Assembly (NCBI GenBank): GCA_958009085.1
Contig: OY253674.1
Location: 1-64,000, forward strand
From: Protoeuglena noctilucae
Taxonomy: Eukaryota
Length of the DNA stretch: 64,000 bases
Reading direction: 5' to 3'
The first letter of the stretch is position 1, and each line of letters begins with the position of its first letter. The translations under genes were made by a program, and so were the position numbers. Shown here in pieces: positions 35,977 to 49,600 of the stretch. The notes beneath the pieces were generated by a model. That model had not been told where the DNA came from and ran no database searches. It worked only from the letters and a program-made list of their open reading frames with translations.

Positions 35977-37227
35977 TTAATTCCCCAGCCGCAGTCCCAG
36001 TGGCACATCGATCGACTCATCCGACGACTCCCCGCCTCCCACGCACCCTTGCCCCCCCGGCAGCTCCCCCAACACACGCCGCGGCCCACCCCGCGCGTCC
36101 CGGGGCTTGCACGCCTCCACTCCCGGCAACGCCTGCACGTGCGCCCCGCCCACAGCCCTCAGCGCCGCCTCGCGCGGGGGCGATCCGCCCGGCCCCGCTC
36201 CCCCCAGCGCCGCCAGCAGGGGCTCCTGCGAGCTCAGCCCCTCCCCCACTGCATGACTCTCTCGGGCAGCACTACCGCTGCCGGCGCCGCCCACTCTGCC
36301 GCTTCCGTGCGCGGGGGGCGAGTGCCCCAGCTGGTCGGCGAGCGTGCCGCCGTACCGGGCACGACGCCGCAGCGCAAGCGCCCTGAATGCGAGAGAGCAT
36401 AACCACGGGTGATGACCCATGCGTGTGAGTGCGGAGGGCTCGTGCTTGGCAGCGAGCCCTGTGCGCGAGACAGCTAGCCGCGCTCGCCTTTCCGCGGCCG
36501 CCTGCCGGATGCGCGGTGCCCCCACCCACCCCGCCGCGCCCCTCTTGGCGGGGATCGCCACTCGCCCCGCCTCAACCCCCGCTGCCGACTGCCTCGCCTC
36601 GGCATGGCCTGAGCCGCGTGCGACATCCAATGCAACAGTTAGTGGTGCAGGGACTGCCCCGGGCGCATCGGGGGCGCTGACGGGGCCCGGGAGGGTCGGC
36701 ACAGGTCGCAGCGCGGGCGGTGCTGCTGGGGCAACGGCCTCTCCGGACCCGGCTGCCCTCTTCGCGGCCTGGGGGATGGGCGGCAGCGGCGCGCCCTCCA
36801 GCAGCGCGCGCGTGGTGGGGTTATTGCGGGCCATCAGCAGCACCTCCGCGGGCGTGACGCGGCTACGGCCGGCGTGCCTGCGTGAGGGGAGGCACGAGGT
36901 GGTCCACAGGCATGGAGGCATAGCGCGGAGTCCCGCTGCGTGCGGCGTGAAGTAGTCGATGAAATGCTGGCAGCGCAAGGCTCACCGCGCGAAGTGCCAC
37001 AGCTCCCTGCTGATGTGGACGGCGAAGTTGGCAGCGACGTCCTGCACCGCGTGCGCGGCGCTTTGGTCGAGGCCGAGGCGGCTCTCTTCGCACGCTTTCT
37101 GCGCCATGAACGTGGCTTGAGCCCGGATGCGGTCCTGCAGCTGCGCCGCTGCGCTCGCCACCTCCTCGGGCGCAGCGCACAGGTCCCCCAGCGCGAAGCC
37201 AGCCGGCCAAACGATGCCCGGGCTCAT
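35977..37227 (-). CDS. CENP-S/MHF1-like histone-fold protein with C-terminal extension
   Basis: ELWHFAR|HAGRSRVTPAEVLLMARNN matches the CENP-S pattern DL..FA.HA.R..I...DV.L.AR. The 3' end is uncertain. Confidence 0.75.
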
Positions 37228-37681
37228 GGCCGCAGCTTCTTGATGTAAAACGATGAGGTAGCAAGCCAAGAATGACGCGCGCGCCTCGGGGAAATTTAAA
37301 AATTCATGCGAGTTTCACAAAGTCGGCTTGAAAACACGGTAAACCTGGCCGCAAACCGAGCGGGTTGCAGGGCTTGCAGTTTGACGCACAGCGGCATTGT
37401 GGTAGCCAGCGGGTGGAGCTGGCCGTTTCGTGCGGCCTGCGACACGTGTTTCTGCGTCAGATAGCTCGTTGCGTGAGACACCCGAAATGTGCGCTCTTGA
37501 ACGCACCAGAGTCATACGAGGGATGACACGCGCTGTTCCCACCTGCGATGTGATGAATATGTGTGTCGCATTTCCAGCAAAACGTGCTGCACCCTCTGCG
37601 CAGCGCCGTGAACATGTGCGCCGCTGACCCTACTCTTTGTCATCCGTCCTTGTCCCAGCGCTTGCCACGCTAGCTCCAGGG

Positions 37682-40600
37682 ATGGACCACCCCGCCAGCA
37701 CGAGCCCTGCGGGTGAGCGCGCACGGTGTGCGGGGCGCTGGGAGCGTCTCGGCAGGGCTTGACGACGCGCGCCGAGACAGTCCTGCTTTTTTCATCGGCT
37801 CGTCGATGTGTGGGGTCGCGAGGCTCGGTCTGCGCACGCCGCTGCCCTGGGCATGTTGCGTGCCCATGTTCGCCCGCGCCGCGCGCTGATGGCATCGTTG
37901 ATGGGCTCTTTCGTTTGCAACATGCTCGTTTCCCCCCATTCGCAGCTTCGCGCCCCGTGGCGTCTCTGGAGGTCGTCCCTGAGCATGCGGAGCCGCAGTT
38001 CTCGGCCACGTGGGTCGACAACCCGGGCGCCCTGGCAACGGGGAGATCGGAGCAGGTGCGGGGCGCGCTCCGACGATTCACTACCTTTCGTCGCAAGCGT
38101 TGCGCCACCCGGCGGCTCCCGAGAGGCCTCCGCGTCGCGCTCCCTGCCTGCAGTTCCCTCACCCGCCTCCCTTCGCGGGCCTCCGCGCTCAGTTCGACCC
38201 CGCAACGTATGACTCGGAGCCCGACCTGCATTCGTCGCGCGGCGTGGGCCGCGGGGCGTCCGGGCGGGCCAGGCGGCGCGGCTCCCAGTCCCCGCAGTCG
38301 GACAAGGGTGCCCCGGCCTCCAGGCGAGCGCGGAGCAGCGCGCGCGGCACGGTTGCGATGCGACACGCGCTTGGCGGTATGCCAATCTCCGTTGCTTTGC
38401 TTCTTCTTGCCTTCACAGGCGCAGCATGGACCCCGTTACGCGCCCGCTGACGTCGTCTGCAGTCGAGTCCTCCGCCACCACACCGCCCCCGGAGGGGAGG
38501 CGCAGGCGGAGCACGTGAGATGCACGCTGACGAGTCTCTCTTGGTTGTCTCTCACTCATGCAGCGTCTTGTGTCCATGTGGCACGTAGTGCACCGTAACC
38601 ACGTCCCGTCTGCATGAGCGTGCCACATTGCAGGCACACCACTTCCCACGCCATCCACCCTCCCCCCCCCCCACCATCACTCCCAATGCCACCCCCCCCC
38701 CCTTGCAGTGACCAGCCCCTCCGCATCTCCCAGGGCGAGCACTCGGGCCTCTTCGCCCGCGCGGGCCCCTCCCTGCAGTCCCTGCGACCCCAGCTGCCAT
38801 CCAACACCGATGCGATGGACGACCTGCCGCCCTCCGCATCCGCCGCCGCCTCGCGGGGGGCGTCGGCCAAGAGGGTGAGTGATGTGCATGCATGGGGGGT
38901 GACTGTGACTGTGTCGAGCAAGTAAGCTGGACGCATGGATGTGGGGGGCGTCGGCCAAGATGGTGAGGGACAGAAGCATGCATGTGAAGTGACTGGGACT
39001 GTGGGTGTGCTGAGCAAGTGAGCCATGCGCATGCATGTGGGTTGCCCTGTGTCACTGCCCCATACTCCTCTACTCACCACTTGACACAGCGCACTACCGC
39101 AAAGCATTGTGACGCATAGCACTCACGTAGACCTCTCCCTCTCCCCCCCAGGAGCGCCGCCCCCGCGCGTCTCTGCAGCTGGGCCCCGTATTCGGATCCT
39201 CCGCCCCCCGCCCCGGCCAGTCACGCGCGGTGGTGATGCAAACGCAGAAGGGACCACGCACCACGTCGCGACAGGCGCCCTCCCTCACCTCCACCGCGCC
39301 GGGACTCTCCACCGCCACCAGCAGCGAGTGAGAGACGACGAGTGGGGTGTTATAATATGGGTCGTCTTTTTTGCTGTGGGTATCTGCGATTCACATGCGC
39401 ACCCGCTGTTGTGCAGCAAGCCACAGCCACCCCCTCACGCCTCTCGTTGTCGCCACCCCCTCGCCCCGCCCACTGTCATCCAGCACCCCATGTCACCTCC
39501 TCTCACCCCCTCCCACCCCCTCTTCCCTCCATCCACCCCCCACCCCCACCCTGCCCCCCAGGGCCGCGGCCGACGGCGAGCGCGCGTCCCCCCACCTCTC
39601 GGTGCTGGACCGCTACATGCATCAGCTGCAGATGCGGCAGCCCGTCAAGTGCCGGCTGCTCACCCCCAGCCCCCTCGTGGCCGTCGTGGGCATGCCCATG
39701 GAGCTGCACGTGAGGGTGGTGAACCCCGATCTTGACTTTCTGGTCAGGCCGCCTGAGGTGGACGACTTCGCGCTGTATGTCAGGTCGGGACCCGCCAAGA
39801 GCAAGGACTACCGACTGGTCGTGGAGCAGATCAGCGACAGGGACTTCCGGTGAGGCTGAGGGGGAGATGGGTGGTAGCAGGATCGGTGGGGCTGATGGTG
39901 ACATGACATCGACATCAGCATTGACAAGCATACCCTTTCTCTACTGTTCTCCATCGATGCCTGTCGATTTCAATGAATGCGCAGCGACTGTTTCATTACT
40001 CACTCCCGCCACACACGCACACACACACAACGCAGCCACACACCCATGCTACCCCACCATCACCCCTCCCAACCCACTTCCCCCCCCATCCCGCAGCCTT
40101 GTCTGGGGCACGTCCGTTTCTGGCAAGTACTCGCTGGCCATCACGTGCCAGCACCTGGGGGTGCAGGGCTCCCCCATCGAGGTCGACTGCCAGTACCCGG
40201 TCACCGTGGCGCGTCACTCGTGGATCGCATCCTTTAAAGATCTGAGGGCGGGGGTGGCGTCGTCGTTTCGGGTGGTCGCGTGCGACCAGGCGGGGAACCG
40301 GCGCACGAGGGGGGGGGAGGACTTCGAAGTGCGCGTCAGGTGAGATGGGGGGGGGGGTGAGAAGTTGGGTGTGTTTGGTTGGTTGCGCAGTTGTCAGACT
40401 GTCTTTTAGGTAATAAGAGAGAACCAGTTGCCGATTGTGCATGCCGCACTGTACCCGATCAAGACATACCCCACACCCCAAACACCCCAACCGCCCCACA
40501 CCATGCAACACCACATTACCCCCCAGTCCCCCCCCACATACACCACCCCACACCCCCCACACCCCCGCAAACTCCCCCCAGGGGCCCTGCCGCGTTAGAG

Positions 40601-43600
40601 CGTTGCATATTGGAGGACCTGGAGGACGGCCGCTACAGCAACTTCATGGTGGGGTGCGTGGCGGGATCGTATGAAGTGCACGTCACATTCGAAAATCAGC
40701 CATTGCGCAACAGCCCCGTGCCGTTCCGCATCATGCCCGCCGCTGCGTCCGCGGATCACTCGGCGGTGGCGTGCACGCGGTTCTTCACGCCCAAGCAACT
40801 GGCGGTGCTGGACCAGTGAGTGGGGAAGTGGGTGTGGGGGGAATGTGTGTGTAGTGTTAAGCATGCATGCATGTGTGCATGGGGGTGCTGGACCAGTGAG
40901 TGGGTGGATGGGGGGGGAGGGGGGTGGGGGGATGGGTGTGTGTGTGGGTGGTGGTGTGAATGGAGCAGTGGGGAGGTGGGAGGGGTGCGGGAACGTATGC
41001 ATGTCGTGCAATCACTCCGTGCACTTCTTACTGTTACTGTTTCACTACCTTGACGCGCACATTCACTCACTCGCTCCATTCTCATATCTCTTCCCAATGC
41101 AGGTTCTACACCACTACCTTTGACGTGGACATCTATTCATCGGAGGACGACGACTGCCGCGTGCTGCCCTCCGCCTTCAAGACCAACTTCGTGGACCGGG
41201 GGAGGGCGCTGGTGGGGGACGACGTGCACGTGGTGAGTGATGGGGTGCTGTGTGATGTGCATGCATGGGGTAATTGAGTGAGAGAGTGGGATGGGGTGAG
41301 GAAAGTGTTGCGGTGTGGCAGTGGCAGCGCTGTCGTTCTGTCGTGTCGCATTGCACCCTACCCCACCTCCCCTCACCCACCCTTCACCCCACCCTTCACC
41401 CCTCACCTCCACCCCACCCCCACCCCCCCAAACCCAGGTCCCGGCAAAGCAGAACCGCTCCCACACCAAGAAACTCGCCAAAGTAGCCCCAGTGCATGCG
41501 GAGGGCAGCCAGTGGCCGCGACGGGAGCTGCGACTGAGCGCATTGCTGCGCCCACGCAGCCACCAGCGCATCAGGGAGGGCAGCTTGATCGCAGCCGCGA
41601 GGACTGTGCTGGAGGAGGAGGGGGGGGTGGAGCAGCTGTCTGCGTGGGGCAGGTTGAGGCGACTGCGTGCGTTGGCGGCTGAGGGGGCGGCGGAGGGGAA
41701 AAGGCGAAAGGAAGAGAGGAAAAGGAAAAAAGAGGAGGGGGAGGGGGGGAAAGAGAAAGGGGGAGAGGGGGAGGGAGAGGGGGAGGGGGAGGGGGATGTG
41801 GGGGGTGGGGCGGTGGGGGGGAGGAGGGGGAGGGGGGAGCCGGGGGCGGTGAGGGGGGATGGGGTGGGGTGCATGGGGGTAGTGCGAGTAGTAGCAGCGG
41901 CAGTTTAAGTTGCGAGTGGCGAGTGATAGAGTAGCACCAATGGCAGTGGTGCGGGTTGCCGGCACACGCCTGGCCTTTGCATAGCATGCACGCCACACTC
42001 TCGCCTCTCCCTTCCCATGCTAGCATCACACTCACTTCCTCTCCCACCTCACACTCTCCCCATCCCACGCTACCATCGCCCTTGCCCCCCCCATACCAAC
42101 ACCCCGTCTCACTCTCACCTCACCCTCACCCCCCAACCCCAACCCCCCCCAGGCCCGCCGCCGCCGCCACGAGCAGCTGCGCCGTCAGCGCGAAGAGGAG
42201 GCGCGCAAATTCAGCAAGACAGTGCAGCTGACAGACGCACCCCCCGCGGCCATGGACCCGTGTGAAGTGTGGGGGCAGTGCGGGCGACCATTGACGTGGC
42301 GCGTGACGGGCAGGGACCGGTTTGGCAATGCGCTTGTGCACGGGGGGGACGCGGTGGGGGGGGAGGCGGTGTCGATGGAACGGCTGAGGGGGCTGCATGT
42401 GAGGGAGGCGCTGCATGTGCAGGTGAGAGATGAGAGAGTGGGGTGGTGTCGGTTGATTGTGCGTCTCCGTTGCCGCGCTCTCCACAGCACAGCGCTGTAC
42501 CCGCATGTTACATCACGACCTGTCATCCGCACATCGCTGCTCGCCACGCGCACGTCACTCCCCCCTCCACAGCACAACCACGACGGCACCTGGGACGTCT
42601 CGCTGCCCTGTCACCCCCACAACCACTACACAATCTTGTTATCAATCTTATCAACGACACTTACACATTTCCATCTCTAATAACCACCCCAGGACAACCA
42701 CGACGGCACCTGGGACGTCTCACTCCTCCCCCGCCGCGCCGCCACCTACGACCTCTCCCTGACCATCAACGGCCGCCCCGTGCCCCACCTCGCGTTCAAA
42801 GCACGAGTGGTCGCCGGCCACTCCGATCCCGCCGCCAGCTTCGTGGTGGGGAGGAACACGGTCCCCAGCACGTTCCCGGCCGGATCGCGCATCACGCTGA
42901 TGGTGATAGCAAGGGACAAGTTTCGAAACCCGCGGGAGAGGGGGGGCGAGGACTTTAACGTGAAAGTGGCTTTGATTGGAGAGGATGAGGACCGGAAGCA
43001 GCTGGATAAGCCGATCGATGGTTTTGAGAACGTGACGCGTGCGTTGGCCACGAGGCTCACGGCCGCCACCTTCCAGCACATTCAGGACGCGGCGGCGAGG
43101 CATGGGGGGGGGGAGGAAGGTGAGTGTATTAAGGGGGGGGGGTTGTGGCGGGTGGGGAGTGATGTGGTGGGTGGAAGGAAGGTGAGTGAGGGTGGAGGGG
43201 GATGGGGATCGATGGATGGGTGGGAGTGATGGGTGCGGGAGGGGATGTAGGGGTAATAGATGGGCGCAAATATAGATATACTAAGCACCTATGACAGTGC
43301 TGGCATAGATGCGAGCATAGAAGCGCCACACAGGGTCATGCCTCTCGCCTGCCCGTCAGCCTCACTTACACCCACACCAACCCACTCCCACACCCACCCC
43401 CGCACCCACACTCCCCTCTACCTCCCCAGCCCCCCCCCGCCCCCTCCCGCTCCCGCGTGAGCCTGGTGAAGGGCACAGACGCGACACGATCCCGCGCCAG
43501 TCTCGGCATGCCGGCCACGCGCCCCCTCACGCCCGACTCGGAGCCATCGGGCATGAGTGGGGGGAAGAGCCAGGTGAGTGTGGGTGTGCGAGGGAGATCG

Positions 43601-46600
43601 GTGGGGCGAATGAGCTTGGCAGTGTGCTCCCTCTCTATCACTTCTCACCCTCACTGCCACCCTCACTGCTATCCCCACTGCTACCCCCCCCCCTCACCCG
43701 CGCCCCCCACTCACCCCCCACACCCTCACCCTCATCCCCACCCCACATCTCCCTCCCAGACCTCCCAGCCCCCCCGCCGCCTTCCCAAGCTCCCCGCTGC
43801 TATCGATCAGCGATCCGACTGGTCAAGGCGCATGTTCGGCCGCGACGTCGCTCCCGGTTATGAGCAGTGCGTGGGGTGCGAGATCGAAGTGCCTGAGGGC
43901 AGCAAGGAGGGGGGGGGGGGACGGAGGAGGGGCTGGAGCACCTCAAGGCACAGAAGTTCCAGGTGAGAGAGATGGGGAAGTAATTGTGTTATTATATTCA
44001 TACTATTAAAAAAAAATACCATAGAGATGAGATAATTGCATATGACCATCTGCATGGGAGCACCCCACCCTTACTCTCATCCACATATCCCCATTCTTAT
44101 TTATTCTCATCAATTCTTATGTATCCCCAGGACGCCTTCACGAAAGGCCAGAACCTCCCCGGCGTGTCCACTCTCGTCACTGACCTGGGCAATGGTCTCT
44201 ACCAGGTCATCTTGCGCATCGTGAGGGCGGGGAGCTACGAGGCGAGGGTGTGCCTGGGGGACGCGCTGGTCAAGAACGGGGTGGTGAAATTCGAGGTGAG
44301 GGGAGTGGAGATGGAAGAGATGTGAGATTGACTATAGAGATGACACGGAGGAGACGAGATGGAGCTGATGTGGGGAGCGTGACTGGCTGATAAGGCCATC
44401 ACCACCGCCCACCCACCGCACCACTGCCACCCCTCTCCCCTCTCACACCCCAGCAAGTGCACAGATCATCAACACCACCATACGCTTCCCTCTCCCCTCT
44501 CTCCCAGGTCGTCCCGGGAGAGTGCGAGCCCAGCAAGTGCCATTCATGTAACACCCCCCTCTCTTATTGCTATCTCAGGTCGTCCCCGGCGAATGCGAGC
44601 CCAGCAAGTGCAAGAGCAGCGGGGTGGGCATCCGCCGGGCCGAGGCGGGCTTCAGTTCCGCCTTCTGGGTGTCCGTCCATGACAAGTTCGGCAACCAGCT
44701 GCCGCACAGCGCGCCGGAGGTCAAATGCACGCTGGAGGGGCCCGAGAAGATCGAGGCGGTGGTGATTCCGCATCAAGCGGGGCTCTATCGCGTGTCGTAT
44801 TGGGCGCGGCAGCCGGGGGACTACATGCTGAGAGTGACGTGCAATGGGGTGCTGGTGCTGGGCACTCCGAAGCTGCTGCTGGTGTCTCCCCAGCGCAAGC
44901 GCGTGGCGGCGACGATGGGGGAGGGGTTCCGCACCGCCACGTGCGGGCACCTGGCGACCTTCCGCATGGCGGCGCTGGATGTCACGGGTGAGGTATAACA
45001 AATGGGAGATGTGGATTCAGATGTTGGATGGGATGGTGATATTGGATAAGATGGCAGGTGATTGGAGGTGAGGGGTGGTCACCTGGCGACCTTCCGGATG
45101 GCAGCCTTGGATGTGACGGGTGAGTTAGATGGGGTATGGATTGATATGGATTTGGATATTGGATGTGATGGTGGGTGAGTTGAGGTGAGTGAGGGTCAGT
45201 CAGGGGAACGGCAGCAGCACTCGCTCTCACATTAAAGGACCATGCTTGCTCCCACCCCTCTCCACCATCCATCCATTCCACCCCTTTCACTCAACCCTCT
45301 CACCCCCCCAGGCGCCCGCAAGCAGGTGGGCGGCGACGTCTTCCGCGTGACGCTTCACATGGTGCCGGGCACGAGCGCATCCCTGCGACCGCTGCTGCAC
45401 CGATTGCGCAAATCGAGGCAGGCGGATCACCAAGCCAGGCAGCGATTGGGGGGTGGGGGTGGGAGGGGGGAGGAGGGGGGCAGGGAGGGGGAGGGGGAGG
45501 GGGCGAGGGGGGGGGTGACGGAGAGGGAGGGGATTGCGGGGGTGGTGGATGAGATGAGGGCGAGGAGGGTGAGTGGGGGATGGGGAGTGAGTGAGTGATA
45601 ATGAGTGATAATGAGTGACTGATGATGATGGATGGAGCCGGCATTGCTGCATGCGTGCTTGTGTCTGTCTGCATCAGCCCCGGTCGCCGCCCACTGCCAC
45701 CCACTCTCCGCATCTGCCTGCATGTCACCCTATCCATGATAGTTAAAGTACATCCAATTCATATCACCTCACAATTCCCTCTTGCTATCTCTCTCCCCTC
45801 AGGTCGTGGACGCCTTTCTCATGGCCAAGCAGGAGAGCGACAGCCGGAAGGAGGTGGGGCTCACGGCCTCGGAGAAGGAGCTGACAAAGCAAAAGGAGGA
45901 CTCCAAGGATTCGATCGGAGACCTGCCGGGGGACGGGGACGGGGACGGCGCGGTGCGCGAGAGCGCGGAGGAGGCGCGGCTGAGGGAGGAAGTAGAGGCG
46001 ATGGCGGGGATTGAGGCGGCGGTTTGCGACAACAATGACGGCACCTACACCGTCAGCTACGTGCCTGCCGTGGCCGGGCAGTACCGGGTCAGGGTGGAGG
46101 TGAGGGGGGTAGGGGGGGGTTGATGAGAGTGGCAGCGGGGGTGGAGGTGGATGATGTGGGGTGGGCTCAACACTCGTGCTTTCTCTCACATTCTCATATG
46201 CTGTTGGTGTTGATGCTGTCGATGTCAACTTGCAACACTCTCGTGCCCTCTCTCACATACAACAACACCCCCGCAGATGCTGTTGGTGTTGATGCTGTTG
46301 TTATTGATGGGTGTAACACTCGCACTCTCTCTCACACACACTCTCAGATGCTGCTGGGCCCCGATGCGTTGTTAGATCGCGAGAGAGAGGAGCAGGCGCG
46401 GAGAGTGCGGTGTCTGGAAGAGGGAGCGGCGTCGGTAATGGAGAGCCGGGGGGAGGAGGGGGGGCTGTCGTCACACTCATCGGGGAGCGTGGTGAGGGGG
46501 GGATGGGTGTGGGAGTGTGTGTGTGTGTGCGAGTGGTGATGGGGTGGGCGGAATGCGCTGCATGCTGTCGTGTGCAATCCACATGCACACTCCATGTGTT

Positions 46601-49600
46601 CTTATATGTATACTATGTAATAGTTTACACATATAGTCATATAGTCATCCACATCACCCCTGCCATCCCGCCCTCTCCCATCCCCAGAGCAAGGCGGGCG
46701 CCGGTCTCACCCACAGCCCCTCCGCATTGGGCGGCCAGTTCATCGACGTGACCCCTCTGTATATAAACACGGTCAACGCCCCGGTAGTGAGCTGCACGCA
46801 CGCCGAGCCCCACGGGGCTGCTTGCGTGGTGCTGGGCAACAATGCGCTGTCACGCGAGCTGGACCAGCTCATGCCGGACCCGGAGGCCACGGGGCTGGAG
46901 GTGAGTTGTGTGGGGGTATTTGAATCACATGGGGATGCTTGTATTGTCGTTTGCAGGAAGGGTTATGGAAAGAGATGCTGTGCTGTGCTGTGCTGTGCTG
47001 TGGTTTCCCACCCATGCAACCATCGCCCCTCTCCTCTCTTTCTCTCATTCATACACCCCCCCTCTCCTCTCTCTCTCTCACATCCAACCACCCCCCCTCT
47101 CCCATCTCTTTCACAGTACGAGGAAATCGTCAAGGGCCGCCTGCCCGACTGGGAGACGCTGATGGAAGAATGCGGGTTTGTAGAAGAAAGAGATGCAAAT
47201 GAGGAGAGGGGGAGGGCGGGGCAGGCGGCGAGAAGGGGGCCGCCGGTGCGGAGGAGGGGAAAGGTGAGGGGGGTTTGAATCTGTGAGGGATTTGAATGCT
47301 AGAGAGGGGGGAAGTGAGGGGGATTTGAGTGCTAAAGAGGTGGGGTGGTGGTGGCGGCGGTGGTTGCGACGGTGGTAGTGGTGGTGTGTGCAGAGTCAGA
47401 GCCTGCCGTAAGCGTGCATGCTATCTATCCCCAATCCTTCCATTACTCGCAGTCCCAGAGTTTGGAAGAGGAGGTGCTTTTGGAGGTGGAGGCGGGTGCG
47501 CAGGGCACGCTCACGCTCTTCGTGTGTGATCGGTATTTGAACATGGCGACAACTGGATCCGGGGAGCTGGTGTGCGACACGGCGTTGGTAAAAGATGCGA
47601 ATGGGGAGGCGGGTGTGGTGATGCGTCCCGAGGGGGCCCGGACGCTCGAGGGGCTGCAGGCGGTCATACGGCACAGCCCGCAGGTGAGAAGATAATGATA
47701 GTGGATGGGGTGAGAGTGAATGAGAGATGGGAAAGGGCAAGTCAACCACGGGCCTGGCAGCCATGCTCACAGCATCCCTCACAATCATTCACCCTCACCC
47801 ACCCTTACCCTCATCCATCCTCATTCCCCTCCCATTCAGTGCGACGGCACCTTCACCGTCAAGCTCAATTCAATGCATCCCTCACTCATTCACCCTCACC
47901 CCCTCCCTCTCACCCCTTCACAGGGCGACGGCACCTTCACCGTGAAACTGAAAGCCCACCAGGCGGGCCTCTACCGCCTCCGCACCCGCGTGGCCGGCAG
48001 CTTGTGGCGCAACCTGTCCTGCCGCGTGCGCGTGACGCCCGGTCCCATCGCGCCGTCCATGTGCGCCGTGTACGGGCCGGGGCTCAGGCACGCCTACGCG
48101 GGGGAGTTCGCCAAGTTCACCATCGAGGCCAGGTGAGGGTTTGGTCACAAATTGGAATGGCGGTGCGTGTGGCGATCCTTGTTGCTGACCTATTACATGG
48201 TCGCTTCTATCAGTGTGCTTGTATCCAACACAGCCAGTCGCACTCTATGATGTCTCACCCAATGCCTCCCATCACCTCCTCACCCCCCCCTCCCTTTCCC
48301 CCTTCCAAGGGACACCTACGGCAACCGTCTCTTGAAAGGGGGCGAGTCCTTCAGCGTGACTCTTACCCCCGACATGGACAAGGCAGCCACCAGGGCAGCG
48401 AGGGCGGGGGGTGCGGGATTTGAATAACGGGCTGTATGAGGCCACGTTTCAGTGCACGCGCACGGGGCCTTATGCGATTGCGGTCAGCTACGTGGGGGGG
48501 ACGGCGGGGAAGCCCAGGCTGCAGAGCATCGCGGCGGCGCAGGTGAGGGGGGTGGGGGGGTGGGTGTGGGTGGGATGAGAGGGAGGTGATGGTGGATGGG
48601 TGTGTTGCGACGGTCGCGACTGTCGGCACGCAATGGGCTTATATGCACACCATCCATCACCCACTCATTCCCACTCATTCGCTCCCATTTCTCCATCTTT
48701 CTCAGATCACCGTGGATGCCGGCCGCGCGTCCGGCGCCAGCTGCGTGGCCCGCGGCCCCGGCCTCCTCCGGGCCGGCAGCGGCGTGCCAGCGATCGTGGC
48801 CGTGCTCATTCAGGACGACCTGGGCAATCCCAAGAGCGTGGACGACCCGCACAGGGCCGCCAGCACCGTGCACGGGAGGGGGCTGCACGCCAAGATCGAG
48901 AGGTGGGGGTGGGGGTGGGGGGGATGCGTGTGTGGGGGTGGGATAAGATGGGTAGGGGTGGGATGGGATGCGTGGGGTTGGGGGATGTGGACACTATGTG
49001 GCACTCTGACACTGCTGTATCTCTCTTCGCCCATCCTGTTTCTCCATCCCTCTCACATACACCCACCCTGTCACCCTCCCTGCACCCACCCACTCTGGTC
49101 ACCCATCCACTCTCTCTCACACACACCCTCTCTCTCACTCACACAGTTGCGACGACGACCCCCCCTGCCAGGGCATGTGCACCGTCACCCAGGCGTCATT
49201 GCGCAAGGAGCTGCCCAGCGGGGATGTCCTGGAGAAGTACCTGCCGGGGCTGTACTACGTCATATACAGGCGAGAGTTGATTGTAATTATAATTGTAGTA
49301 ATAGTAACACTAGTGGTCTAGTGGTATATGCGATGTCCTGGAGAAGTACCTGCCGGGGCTGTCATATACAGGCGAGGGATGGGGTGGTGGATATTGAGTA
49401 ACAGTAGTAGTAATGGCAATGGAGTATGCGAGGCCGCAGCTGTCAATCAATAGCAAAGACTGAGCTGCACAAGCACCCAATCACTCACTCACTCCCTCCC
49501 TCACCCCCTCCCTCACTCACGCACTTACCCCCACGCACCCTCAACCCCACACCCCCCTTCCCCATCCCCCCAGGGCCCCCCGCCCCGGCACCTTCTCTCT

